Assembly: GCA_050287845.1 (NCBI GenBank)
Contig: JBNKCR010000018.1
Coordinates: forward strand, 1-64,000
From: Polyangia bacterium
GTDB lineage: Bacteria; Myxococcota_A; Polyangia; JAAYKL01
Direction: 5' to 3'
Length of the DNA: 64,000 nt
The notes under the pieces: model-generated
Told to the model about the DNA's origin: nothing
The model's database searches: none
Seen by the model: the letters and a program-made list of their open reading frames with translations, nothing else
Made by a program: the position numbers and the translations under genes
Shown here: one piece after another, positions 8,862-18,211 of the stretch
Layout: the number at the start of each line of letters is the position of its first letter
Position numbering within the stretch: position 1 is the stretch's first letter

Positions 8862-11288
8862 ATGCGCTTAACCAAATATTTCTTAGCCTGCCTGTTATCT
8901 GCATTCAGTATCTGGGCGTGTTCAGATGAACAATCGGGAACTTCCGCTGATTCGGATGGTTCATCCGATACCGACAGTGACACTGATAGTGATACGGATA
9001 GCGATACCGATGGTGATACCGATGGCGATACGGATTCGGACGCGGATACCGATGCGGATTCGGATACGGATACGGACAGTGATGCGGACGGCGACACGGA
9101 TTCGCCCGATACCGAGAAGGATTCGGATTCAGAGCCCAAAACGCCGCAGGAAATTCTGGAAGAAATCTGGGGCGATTACGCGCCTCCCGAGGAATATAAT
9201 GACCCGGGACCGTATGCGGAGGCGTTTCAGAAGTCACTGTATTTCTTTGATGTCAACATGTCCGGCATCGGGATTACCGGAGGTCGGTTGCAATGGCGGG
9301 GTAATTCTGAGGTAACCGACTACGCAGTGCCGTTATTCTGCAAAACAGAGGATTACCGCTCCGAAAATTGCACGGATATGCCCGAGGAGTACATCAACAA
9401 GTATATTCATATCTTCGATCCGGATGGTATCGGCACCATCAATGTGGGCGGTGGCTTTCACGATTGCGGCGACCATGTGAAGTTCGGTTTGCCCCAGGCC
9501 TATTCCGCATCCATGCTGGCATGGTCTCTGTACGAATTCCCGGACGCCTTCATCGCTTCCGGTCAGGCGCCGCATGCACTCGATATTCTCAAAAGATTCA
9601 CCAACTATTTCCTCCGCAGCACTTTTCGTGAGGACGACGGACGGGTAATCGCCTTCTGTCATCAGGTCGGCAATGGATCTATTGACCACCAGTTCTGGGG
9701 ACCACCGGAACTGCAGAAGGCTGAAGACTTCCCTCGGCCCGCGTTTTTTGCCACCGAAGAACGGCCTGCATCGGATGTGACAGCCGCTGCATCGGCAGCG
9801 CTGACCATTGCATCAATGGTGTTTCGCCGGTTGGATGAAAAGTATGCAGATAAGTGTCTTTCCTATGGCACAGCATTATACGAGTTCGCTCATAAGTACG
9901 ATGGCACCGAAATCAGTGAAGATCTGGTGGAAGGTGAGGGCGAAGGCGTCCGTAATCCGGACGAGGATCTGGTGGCGGACACCGGCGGATTCTACACCTC
10001 CGAATATGATGACGATGACTTGGCGTGGGCAGCCATCTGGCTGCACATCGCAACAGGGGAGCAATCATATCTCGATGATATCGTCTCTGTGGAAGGGGAC
10101 CAGTATACCGGTTTTCTCGGCAGAATCATGCAGTCGACCGAGGACGGCTGGTACAATGCGTGGGCCCATTGCTGGAACACGGTATGGAGCGGGATGTTCG
10201 TGAAACTGGCCCAGGTGACCGAAGATGAGAAGTGGACGAAAATCGCCGAAGATCACGTGAACCTCTGGGCCGGGATCGATGGGAATCGCACTGTTACTCC
10301 CGGCGGATTGAGTTGGCTGTCGGGCTGGGGATCGCTGCGCTACAATGTTGCCGCACAGATGACCGCCATGACCTGGGGGAAATACGTGAACAACAAGGCG
10401 TATGCTGCCTGGGCAGATACCCAGATTCGATACATCTGGGGAGATAATCCCTTTAAAAAATCCTATATCGTCGGGTTTGGCGATGAGTGGTTCACCCACA
10501 TTCACAACCGCGCCGCCCATGGGTCGACCAAGGACAACAGCCTCGATATTCCGCCAACACCCAGTCACGTGGCGTGGGGGGCATTGCTCGGCGGACCGGA
10601 TGGCGACGATTCATATAAAGATGCCATCTGGGAATATGCGTACACCGAGGTGTGTATCGACTACAACGCCTCTCTGGTGGCCGCATTGGCAGGACTGTAT
10701 GAGAATTTTGCCATGGATGAAAATGGTGTGGGCGAAGCACCGCTGGAGAATTTCCCGCCCCTGGAACCGGAGCAGACCGAATACTGGGTGGAAGGACGCA
10801 TGGGCCAGAATGACGATATGATCACCGAGCCCAAGCTGATCATTCACAATGAAACCATTCACCCGCCGCACCTGAATCCGTCGTTATCTATCCGGTACTA
10901 TTTCAATGTCAGCGAGTTCATTGAGAACGGCCAGTCGGTTGATGACATTCGCATCCAGCTGACGTACGACGGTCGCAGTGTGGACAATGGCATGCTGAAT
11001 TCCGGCGACGGCAAGCCCACCATTGTTACCGGACCTGTTCCGTACGACGAAGAGAATGGATTGTATTATTACGACTTCGCCTTTACCGGATGCAAATTCT
11101 ACGGGTCCATCCCGCTTGAGTTTCAGATTGCGGCCACCACAATTGGCTCGGATTTAAATTATTATATGGACGGCACCAACGACTACAGTGCACAGGGGCT
11201 TCCGGAAGGGAAGGATGCTGAGCATGTGGTGACCGAGAATGTGACCATGTACAGTGATGGTGAACTGATATGGGGAGTAGAACCATGA
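8862..11288 (+). CDS. Glycoside hydrolase family 9 endoglucanase with C-terminal CBM3-like module; lipoprotein with Asp/Ser/Thr linker
   Basis: Lipobox IWAC; QKSLYFF..N, WRGNS, GGFHDCGDHVKFGLPQ, DDLAWAA.WL, WGSLRY, HNRAAH, GALLGGP, TEVCIDYNA; IRYYFNVSE and D.TNDYS CBM3c-like tail. Confidence 0.92.
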   Translation: MRLTKYFLACLLSAFSIWACSDEQSGTSADSDGSSDTDSDTDSDTDSDTDGDTDGDTDSDADTDADSDTDTDSDADGDTDSPDTEKDSDSEPKTPQEILEEIWGDYAPPEEYNDPGPYAEAFQKSLYFFDVNMSGIGITGGRLQWRGNSEVTDYAVPLFCKTEDYRSENCTDMPEEYINKYIHIFDPDGIGTINVGGGFHDCGDHVKFGLPQAYSASMLAWSLYEFPDAFIASGQAPHALDILKRFTNYFLRSTFREDDGRVIAFCHQVGNGSIDHQFWGPPELQKAEDFPRPAFFATEERPASDVTAAASAALTIASMVFRRLDEKYADKCLSYGTALYEFAHKYDGTEISEDLVEGEGEGVRNPDEDLVADTGGFYTSEYDDDDLAWAAIWLHIATGEQSYLDDIVSVEGDQYTGFLGRIMQSTEDGWYNAWAHCWNTVWSGMFVKLAQVTEDEKWTKIAEDHVNLWAGIDGNRTVTPGGLSWLSGWGSLRYNVAAQMTAMTWGKYVNNKAYAAWADTQIRYIWGDNPFKKSYIVGFGDEWFTHIHNRAAHGSTKDNSLDIPPTPSHVAWGALLGGPDGDDSYKDAIWEYAYTEVCIDYNASLVAALAGLYENFAMDENGVGEAPLENFPPLEPEQTEYWVEGRMGQNDDMITEPKLIIHNETIHPPHLNPSLSIRYYFNVSEFIENGQSVDDIRIQLTYDGRSVDNGMLNSGDGKPTIVTGPVPYDEENGLYYYDFAFTGCKFYGSIPLEFQIAATTIGSDLNYYMDGTNDYSAQGLPEGKDAEHVVTENVTMYSDGELIWGVEP
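8949..9131 (+). repeat. Coding low-complexity (Asp-Thr/Asp-Ser/Asp-Gly)n repeat
   Basis: DSDGSSDTDSDTDSDTDSDTDGDTDG...DSDS encoded by synonymously varied units. Confidence 0.95.
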
Positions 11289-12463
11289 TTCGATTTTGCT
11301 TTACACTTAACAGAAAACTTATGTTGTTATGGGCTGTGCTCTGCACGGGAATGCTGCTGCTGCCAGCCTGTGAAAAGTCTCAGGCCGAAGAAGTGAGCGG
11401 TACACCAACCGATACCGGTGACGACATTCCAGACGAAACCGATACCGTCCCAACCGACACTGGCAAAAAGGATACGGGAACCGGGCGGGATACGGCACCG
11501 AAGGATACAGGAAGGTCGACTGAAACGGACACCTGTGCCAATCTGGATTTGTCCCTCGAACGACAGCCCGCCACCATCATGCTGGTGATTGACCACTCCG
11601 CATCAATGGATTTGCAGATGGGCGATACCGATACCCGCTGGAGTGTGCTGGTGTATACCCTGATGGGTACCGTGGACAATCCGGAGAAGGGACTGGTCTG
11701 GAATCTGGAACAACGGGTTAATTTTGGTATGGTGCTCTTTACGGCCAAACGCAATCAGCCTGAAACCTGTCCCATGCTGCAGACTGTGGCGCCAGCCCTC
11801 AATAACGGGGATGAAATTGGCGATATTTTCAAGGCCGATGACGAGACCTATAAAGGCGCATCCCCGGTTCCCGCGGGGATCGACGCTGCGGTTCAGCTGC
11901 TGAAGGAGATGGAGGGGCCCAGCAAGAAAGTGATGTTGCTGGCCACTGATGGCGATCCCCAGACCTGTGATAATCTTGCAGTGAACGACGATGCGGCTGC
12001 GCAGGATGTTACAGTGAAAGCGGTTCAGGATGCCTATGCTGCCGGTATTACCACCTTTGTGATCGGACTTGATGATGCAACAGATGAACCCGCAGCGGCG
12101 TACCTGCAGCAGGTGGCGAATGCAGGTATTGGACTGGACCCCAATGACAGTGAAAAAGCAGAGTTCCATCAGGGGTTGACCGAAAGCAGCCTGGTGGATG
12201 CCATCACGAATGTGATTGTTGAGGAAGCACAGAGTTGCGTTTACGAGCTCAACGGTAAAGGCGTCGCCGAAGGCCAGGAGTCCAAAGGTACCGTGACCCT
12301 CGATGGCAAAGAACTGGAGTTGAACAACACAGAATACGGTTGGCGTCTGAAAAGTTCTTCTGAAATTGAATTGCTCGGCGGCGCCTGCGATGACATTCAG
12401 TTGGGAGAGCATCAGCTGACAGCGGATTTCCCCTGCGAAGCAATTGTTATCATCGTTGAATAG
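11285..12463 (+). CDS. VWA-domain lipoprotein (paralog of 180..1322)
   Basis: Lipobox LPAC, DTG-rich linker, DHSAS and ATDG MIDAS elements, same Cys pattern as 180..1322; ATGA overlap with the GH9 stop. Confidence 0.85.
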   Translation: MIRFCFTLNRKLMLLWAVLCTGMLLLPACEKSQAEEVSGTPTDTGDDIPDETDTVPTDTGKKDTGTGRDTAPKDTGRSTETDTCANLDLSLERQPATIMLVIDHSASMDLQMGDTDTRWSVLVYTLMGTVDNPEKGLVWNLEQRVNFGMVLFTAKRNQPETCPMLQTVAPALNNGDEIGDIFKADDETYKGASPVPAGIDAAVQLLKEMEGPSKKVMLLATDGDPQTCDNLAVNDDAAAQDVTVKAVQDAYAAGITTFVIGLDDATDEPAAAYLQQVANAGIGLDPNDSEKAEFHQGLTESSLVDAITNVIVEEAQSCVYELNGKGVAEGQESKGTVTLDGKELELNNTEYGWRLKSSSEIELLGGACDDIQLGEHQLTADFPCEAIVIIVE

Positions 12464-12499
12464 TCTCCTTCCCAGAGTCTCGGCGCTGTGCCGGGTTGC

Positions 12500-13003
12500 T
12501 CATTTTTTTCTCCATCCCGCACGGAATCGCTCTTTCACACAGGATTGAATTTTTTCTTTACTCATGTTTGGATAAGGGGCCTCTTCTTCGAGCATGCCGG
12601 TATCGATGAGGGCATTGGTTACTGCCAGCACCGGGTCTTTACGGATCTGACACTCCCAGATCACTCCGACAATCCAGCCCATCTCTTTCAGCGCTGTCTG
12701 ATTCCGGTGGTCTCTCAACACATTTTCAGTAAATTTCTGTTTCCAGAAAACCGCGTTCTTCGTTGGGGTCGTCGCATTGCTGCAACGCGGATGCCGATGC
12801 CAATAGCACCCGTGAACGAACAGGGCGGTTCGGTATTTGGGAAACACGATGTCCGGGGTACCGGGCAAATCTTTTCGATTCAGCCGAAAGCGAAATCCCA
12901 TCCGATGCAGAATGCTGCGAACGGTCAGCTCCGGCTTTGTATCTTTCGCCCGGATGCGACTCATATTCCATGAACGTTTTTCTGAAGTGAGTCGATCGTT
13001 CAT
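12500..13003 (-). CDS. vsr: Very short patch repair endonuclease
   Basis: RSWNMSRIRAKDTKPE, LPGTPD, FVHGCYWHRH, FWKQK, IWEC. Confidence 0.93.
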   Translation of the reverse strand: MNDRLTSEKRSWNMSRIRAKDTKPELTVRSILHRMGFRFRLNRKDLPGTPDIVFPKYRTALFVHGCYWHRHPRCSNATTPTKNAVFWKQKFTENVLRDHRNQTALKEMGWIVGVIWECQIRKDPVLAVTNALIDTGMLEEEAPYPNMSKEKIQSCVKERFRAGWRKK

Positions 13004-13071
13004 AATTCGAGGACCAGACCCAGTCCATTGCAACCAGCCACAAAAAAAACGGTCAGCACAGTTGTAATAAG

Positions 13072-13089
13072 ATGAGATAATAATCTCAT
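13072..13089. promoter_or_regulatory. Inverted repeat, candidate operator
   Basis: ATGAGAT-aata-ATCTCAT in the divergent vsr/TetR intergenic region. Confidence 0.35.
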
Positions 13090-13391
13090 AAACATTGTGT
13101 CCTCTGAAGCTCAGTTTCCTGTCTGGTCAAACGGGGATCCCGGCATTCGCCGGATTGCCCTGATGGGGTATAATACTGTGATTGTCGTGAAAATTGAAAC
13201 TTTCTGCCGGGGACGACTATAAAAATTAAATCGACAGAAGGACCATTGGCAGCCGCAATTCCTGTGGCAACCCCGGTATTGAATTAATTTGGTATCATTC
13301 GGCCTCCCCAAAAAACGTAGCTCGAGTATAGTAAACTGGCGTTACGTAGGATTGAACCGGAACAACAGGATGGCTCAGAAGACGGGGGAAC

Positions 13392-14012
13392 ATGACAAAA
13401 CATCGGAATAAAGAAAAATGGATTGCCGCGATTCTGGAAGCGGCCAGCGTTGAAATCGATGAGAAAGGGTATGCTGACTTCAGCATGGAAGCCATTGTCC
13501 GCCGGACCGGATTCAGCAAAGGGGGCATTTACAGGTTCTTCAGCAACAAATCTGAAGTAGCGCTGCAACTGTTCATTCAGGCCTATGAAGCCCAACTGGC
13601 GTTCGATGCGGAAGAGTGTCTGAACTGGAATCTGCCAATGGATGAGACCGTTTTTCGCCTGTTCGTGCGATACAGAATCCCGGAAGAAGGCGCCAGGGCA
13701 TTGGATCGAATCTGGATTCGATTATTGCCGGAGGTATTGAATGACAGCCGGTTCAGCGAGAAACGGGCAGAGTTGTTATCTGCCATCCGGGAAAAAATTG
13801 GAAATCTGTGTATCGCAATTGCCCATAGAGACAACATTGCCGTTCCCGGGAACTTTGCCAGCCGGCTCGCCGATTCATTTGAGCTCAGTGCCGCATTGCT
13901 CGAAGGACTGTCTGTGCAAACTGCGTTGGGGGGGGCACTGTCCCATCAGCGGGTTCTGGTGCAATCATTTATCAGTCAGATCATTCGGAATCTGTTTGTC
14001 GAAAATGACTGA
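13392..14012 (+). CDS. TetR/AcrR family transcriptional regulator
   Basis: ILEAA...EKGY..FSMEAIVRRTGFSKGGIYRFFSNK N-terminal HTH; 206 aa. Confidence 0.9.
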   Translation: MTKHRNKEKWIAAILEAASVEIDEKGYADFSMEAIVRRTGFSKGGIYRFFSNKSEVALQLFIQAYEAQLAFDAEECLNWNLPMDETVFRLFVRYRIPEEGARALDRIWIRLLPEVLNDSRFSEKRAELLSAIREKIGNLCIAIAHRDNIAVPGNFASRLADSFELSAALLEGLSVQTALGGALSHQRVLVQSFISQIIRNLFVEND

Positions 14013-14158
14013 TATTCATTTTTTAACCATGGGTGAAATCGAGGCGTTGTGCTCTTAGCACACATCCACCGCAACCGCGTGAATTACGTTATATTCTAGT
14101 GCTTTTTCCGATGTTTTTCGGTTATCCGCAGCATTATCTGATGACAAACCAAATGGAT

Positions 14159-14173
14159 TGGCATATGAAATGC
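14159..14173 (+). promoter_or_regulatory. Candidate sigma54 -24/-12 promoter
   Basis: TGGCATATGAAATGC (GG-N10-GC), ending about 80 nt upstream of the dehydrogenase ATG. Confidence 0.5.
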
Positions 14174-14252
14174 GGGTCATTCAATCAGGTGCGTTGGAGA
14201 TGCGGGTGCATATTCATAGCGCTTACAGATAATTCGCATATAGGAGGCATAG

Positions 14253-15176
14253 ATGTCGAAAACAGTGTTGGTCGCAACCGAAAAACCTTTTGCCAAGGCC
14301 GCCGTGGATGGTATCCGCGAGGTTCTGGACAGTGCCGGATATACCTTGAATCTGCTTGAAAACTACACGGATAAGTCCGAATTGCTGAATGCCATTTCCA
14401 CCGTGGACGCAGTGATTATCCGCAGTGATAAAGTCACAGAAGACGTCATTGCAGCGGGAAAAAATCTCAAAATTGTTGTTCGCGCCGGTGCGGGATTTGA
14501 CAATGTGGATTGTGCCGCAGCTACTGGCGCCGATGTGACAGTGATGAACACCCCGGGGCAGAACTCCAATGCGGTAGCTGAGCTGGCATTTGGGATGATG
14601 CTGAATCTGGCGCGTAAGAATTACAGTGGTAAAGCTGGTACCGAACTCCGCGGGAAAACAATTGGCATTCATGCCTATGGCAATATCGGCAAAATTGTTG
14701 CGGTTATCGCCAAAGGATTCGGGATGTCCGTGAAAGCCTACGATCCGTTCGTGGACAACGCCATTATCGAAGCCGATGGGGTCGAGTCCGTGGATTCGAT
14801 TGAAGCCCTGTACAGTAGCTGTGACTACATCTCCCTTCACATTCCGGCAACCGGACAGACGAAAAAATCCATTAACTATGATTTACTGTCATCCATGAAA
14901 TCCGGCGCTGCCCTCATTAACACAGCGAGAAAAGAAGTGATTGATGAGGATGGTCTGGTGAAAGCCATGACGGAACGGACGGATTTGCTTTATGGTTCGG
15001 ATTTGACGCCGGATTGTCTCTCGACACTGGTGAATATAGCGGGCGAGCGGGTATTTGTGACCGCCAAAAAAATGGGCGCGCAGACAGCGGAAGCCAACAT
15101 TAATGCGGGCATTGCCGCCGCCCGTCAAATTGTGGATTTCTTCGAAAACGGCGATGTGAAGTTCAAGGTGAACTGA
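14253..15176 (+). CDS. serA: D-3-phosphoglycerate dehydrogenase, short type III (Lys-type) form
   Basis: [49 protein letters not shown]; no ACT domain. Confidence 0.8.
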   Translation: MSKTVLVATEKPFAKAAVDGIREVLDSAGYTLNLLENYTDKSELLNAISTVDAVIIRSDKVTEDVIAAGKNLKIVVRAGAGFDNVDCAAATGADVTVMNTPGQNSNAVAELAFGMMLNLARKNYSGKAGTELRGKTIGIHAYGNIGKIVAVIAKGFGMSVKAYDPFVDNAIIEADGVESVDSIEALYSSCDYISLHIPATGQTKKSINYDLLSSMKSGAALINTARKEVIDEDGLVKAMTERTDLLYGSDLTPDCLSTLVNIAGERVFVTAKKMGAQTAEANINAGIAAARQIVDFFENGDVKFKVN

Positions 15177-15228
15177 GCAGCGCTCGCGCTCATGTCGGCA
15201 CTTCATTTCCGTTCATGCCGGGTTTACA

Positions 15229-15421
15229 TTTTTCACCACCAAACCGGTGGGCAAGGGGACAGGGCCGGGACTTTCTATTTCGTATTCCATCATTGTGAAA
15301 GAACATAACTGGAAAATGCATTTTTGAAAGAGGTGCAGCGGGCGGTGCGAACTTTGTTATTGAACTGCCCGTGTGCGATTCGTTGAACGATGGCCCTACT
15401 GAATATACCGCCGATGGTTGA
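15229..15421 (+). pseudogene. Remnant of a histidine kinase HATPase_c C-terminus
   Basis: Translates [32 protein letters not shown], then after a 1-nt frameshift ERGAAGGANFVIELPV...*; no upstream kinase body. Confidence 0.8.
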
Positions 15422-15567
15422 TTCGGGCGTGGGAGACATCCTCCCATCCAGATGCAGTCTCGCGTATTTAAAGCAAATGATCCCTTGTACCGATTGATGT
15501 CTCGTTTTATAACGCCTCCCTGTTGATGGAATCCCGGCGGGAAGGCCGGTTGTGATGGAGTATATAT

Positions 15568-18189
15568 ATGGCAGCGAAGTATCAACCGAATGAAATCGAA
15601 TCCAGGTGGCAGCAGTACTGGGAAAAAGAGCGTACGTTCTACACCCGAGAGGAATCGGATGCCCCCAAATTCTACATGCTGGAAATGTTTCCCTATCCTT
15701 CCGGCAGACTGCATATGGGGCACGTTCGCAATTACTCCATTGGCGATGTGGTGGCCCGCTACAAAGTGAAATGCGGTTACCACGTGATGCATCCGTTTGG
15801 TTGGGATGCATTCGGTTTACCTGCGGAAAACGCCGCTATAGAGCGGGGGGTTCACCCGGCCGGATGGACTTATGCAAATATTAAAGACATGCGGGGCCAG
15901 CTTCAGAAGCTCGGTCTGGGGTATGACTGGGATCGCGAAATTGCCACGTGTCATCCCGATTATTACCGATGGGAACAGCTCATTTTTATACGGGCCTACG
16001 AAAAAGGGCTTGTTTACCGCAAAAAGGCGCTGGTGAACTGGTCAGAAAAAATGCAGACCGTGCTGGCCAATGAGCAGGTAATTGATGGGGTGGACTATCG
16101 CTATGGATTGCCGGTGATTCAGAAGGAGTTGACCCAGTGGTTCTTTAAAACCACCGCATATGCCGAGGAATTGCTCGACGGTATCGACAATGTGCTGGAA
16201 GAAAACTGGCCCAGGCGGGTGGTACTGGAGCAGCGCTCCCGAATCGGAAAGAGCCACGGCGCCCGGGTGGAATTCAAGCTGGAAGAGCCGGTCGACGGGG
16301 AAACTTTGCTGCCGGTATTTACCACCCGCCCCGATACCCTGTGGGGGGTTACATTCATGAGTCTTGCGGCGGAGCATCCAATGGCACTCAAACTCGCCGC
16401 CGGTACGGAACGGCAGGAAGTGGTGCATGGCTTTGTGCAGAAAGTGCTGGCTGAGGACAAGCGAAAGCGAGGGTCAGAGGATTATGAAAAGCAAGGGGTA
16501 TTTACGGGAAAATATTGCATTAATCCGGTAAATGGCGTTCGGGTTCCCGTGTATATCGCCAACTTTGTGCTGATGGACTACGGAACCGGGGCAGTGATGG
16601 CCGTACCAGCCCACGATCAGCGCGATTTTGAATTCGCCCGGAAGTATGGTTTGCCGGTGGAGGCGGTTATTCAGCCGGATGCAAATACAGCACTCAATCC
16701 CGCTGACATGACTGAAGCGTACGTGGACGATGGCGTTATGGTGAATTCTGCGCAGTTCACTGGCCGCAATAATCGGGAAGCCATTGAATCCATTGCCGAC
16801 TACCTGGCGGAAAAGGGATGGGGCGGAAAAACCATCAATTACCGCCTCCGCGATTGGTGTGTATCCAGACAGCGATACTGGGGCGCGCCCATTCCGGTGG
16901 TGTACTGCGACAAATGTGATGTGGTGCCGGTTCCTGAAGACCAGCTTCCCGTGACGTTGCCCGAAGATGTGAAGTTCGAAGCAGAAGGGGGTTCGCCCCT
17001 TGCAAAGTGTGAGTCGTTCGTGCACACCGTCTGTCCCGGATGTGGTGGCCCGGCCAGAAGGGAAACCGATACGTTCGATACATTCATGGAATCATCGTGG
17101 TATCAGTTGCGATACGCATCTCCCAGATATGAAGGTGGTCCGGTGGATCCGGCAGCCATCGAAAAGTGGTTACCGGTAGATCAGTACATCGGTGGAATTG
17201 AACATGCGGTGGGCCATCTGATGTATAGCCGGTTTTACCATCGACTGATGCAGGATTTGGGCTTTTTTCCTGAAACGGTGTCGCCGGAACCATTTCACCG
17301 GCTGTTGACCCAGGGCATGGTATGCAAGGAAACCCGGTTCACCCGGGACGAAAATGGCAATCCGGTGTGGCACACCGATGACGATATCGATGAAAACGGA
17401 CTGAGTCGCAAGAATGGCAGGAAGGTGCTTACCGGGCGGGTGGAGAAAATGTCGAAGTCTAAATACAACGGCGTTGACCCCGAAGCCATCATGAAAAAGT
17501 ATGGAGTGGATTCGGCGCGAATGTTTGTTCTGTTTGCAGCGCCGCCGGAAAATGATCTGGTGTGGAAGGATGAGGGCGTCGATGGCGTGCATCGGTTCCT
17601 TACCCGGGTGTGGAACATGGTACAACAGCGCATGGACGAGCTGAAGAATGCTGCGGTGTTCGACGGAAATGCAGCCGCCCTGAGTGATGCCGGACAGGAA
17701 CTTCGCAAGCTGACGCATCAGACCATCAAGGGAGTGACAGAAGATGTTCATGAACGATTCCATTTCAATACGGCAATTGCCAAAATCATGGAGTTCATGA
17801 ACGCCATTTCGAAGTTCCGTGTGGACGGGAAAAATGATGCGGACGCGGCGGTCCAGAAAGAAGCGGTGCTGGCCCTGACAAATCTGTTGTCTCCATTTGC
17901 CCCCCATATCTGTGAAGAAATATGGCAATTGCTGGGACAATCCGGCAATGTGGCCACAACGGCATGGCCCTCTTTTGATGAAGAAGCAATCAAAGAAAAT
18001 ACGATCACTATCGCCATTCAGGTGATGGGCAAGATGCGGGGTACCGTTGAGGCGCCAGCCGGTTGCTCAAAAGAGGAGATGGAAAAACTCGCCCTTGCAC
18101 ACGAAAACATTCAAAAGCATATTGAAGGTAAGACCATCCGGAAGGTCATTGTGGTCCCCGGCAAGCTGGTCAACATCGTTGCGAATTGA
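15568..18189 (+). CDS. leuS: Leucine--tRNA ligase
   Basis: MFPYPSGRLHMGH (HIGH), FTTRPDT and GTGAVMAVPAHDQRD editing domain, SRQRYWG, KMSKS, VPGKLVNIV. Confidence 0.98.
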   Translation: MAAKYQPNEIESRWQQYWEKERTFYTREESDAPKFYMLEMFPYPSGRLHMGHVRNYSIGDVVARYKVKCGYHVMHPFGWDAFGLPAENAAIERGVHPAGWTYANIKDMRGQLQKLGLGYDWDREIATCHPDYYRWEQLIFIRAYEKGLVYRKKALVNWSEKMQTVLANEQVIDGVDYRYGLPVIQKELTQWFFKTTAYAEELLDGIDNVLEENWPRRVVLEQRSRIGKSHGARVEFKLEEPVDGETLLPVFTTRPDTLWGVTFMSLAAEHPMALKLAAGTERQEVVHGFVQKVLAEDKRKRGSEDYEKQGVFTGKYCINPVNGVRVPVYIANFVLMDYGTGAVMAVPAHDQRDFEFARKYGLPVEAVIQPDANTALNPADMTEAYVDDGVMVNSAQFTGRNNREAIESIADYLAEKGWGGKTINYRLRDWCVSRQRYWGAPIPVVYCDKCDVVPVPEDQLPVTLPEDVKFEAEGGSPLAKCESFVHTVCPGCGGPARRETDTFDTFMESSWYQLRYASPRYEGGPVDPAAIEKWLPVDQYIGGIEHAVGHLMYSRFYHRLMQDLGFFPETVSPEPFHRLLTQGMVCKETRFTRDENGNPVWHTDDDIDENGLSRKNGRKVLTGRVEKMSKSKYNGVDPEAIMKKYGVDSARMFVLFAAPPENDLVWKDEGVDGVHRFLTRVWNMVQQRMDELKNAAVFDGNAAALSDAGQELRKLTHQTIKGVTEDVHERFHFNTAIAKIMEFMNAISKFRVDGKNDADAAVQKEAVLALTNLLSPFAPHICEEIWQLLGQSGNVATTAWPSFDEEAIKENTITIAIQVMGKMRGTVEAPAGCSKEEMEKLALAHENIQKHIEGKTIRKVIVVPGKLVNIVAN

Positions 18190-18211
18190 GCGCGGATAAT
18201 ACGGAGAATCA

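Noticed and set aside
15426..15560. Possible T-box riboswitch upstream of leuS (nested GGCGT/ACGCC and GAGACATC/GATGTCTC stems)
   Set aside because: No TGGNACC T-box motif, no terminator U-tract, and too little room after the kinase remnant; stems of this size can arise by chance.
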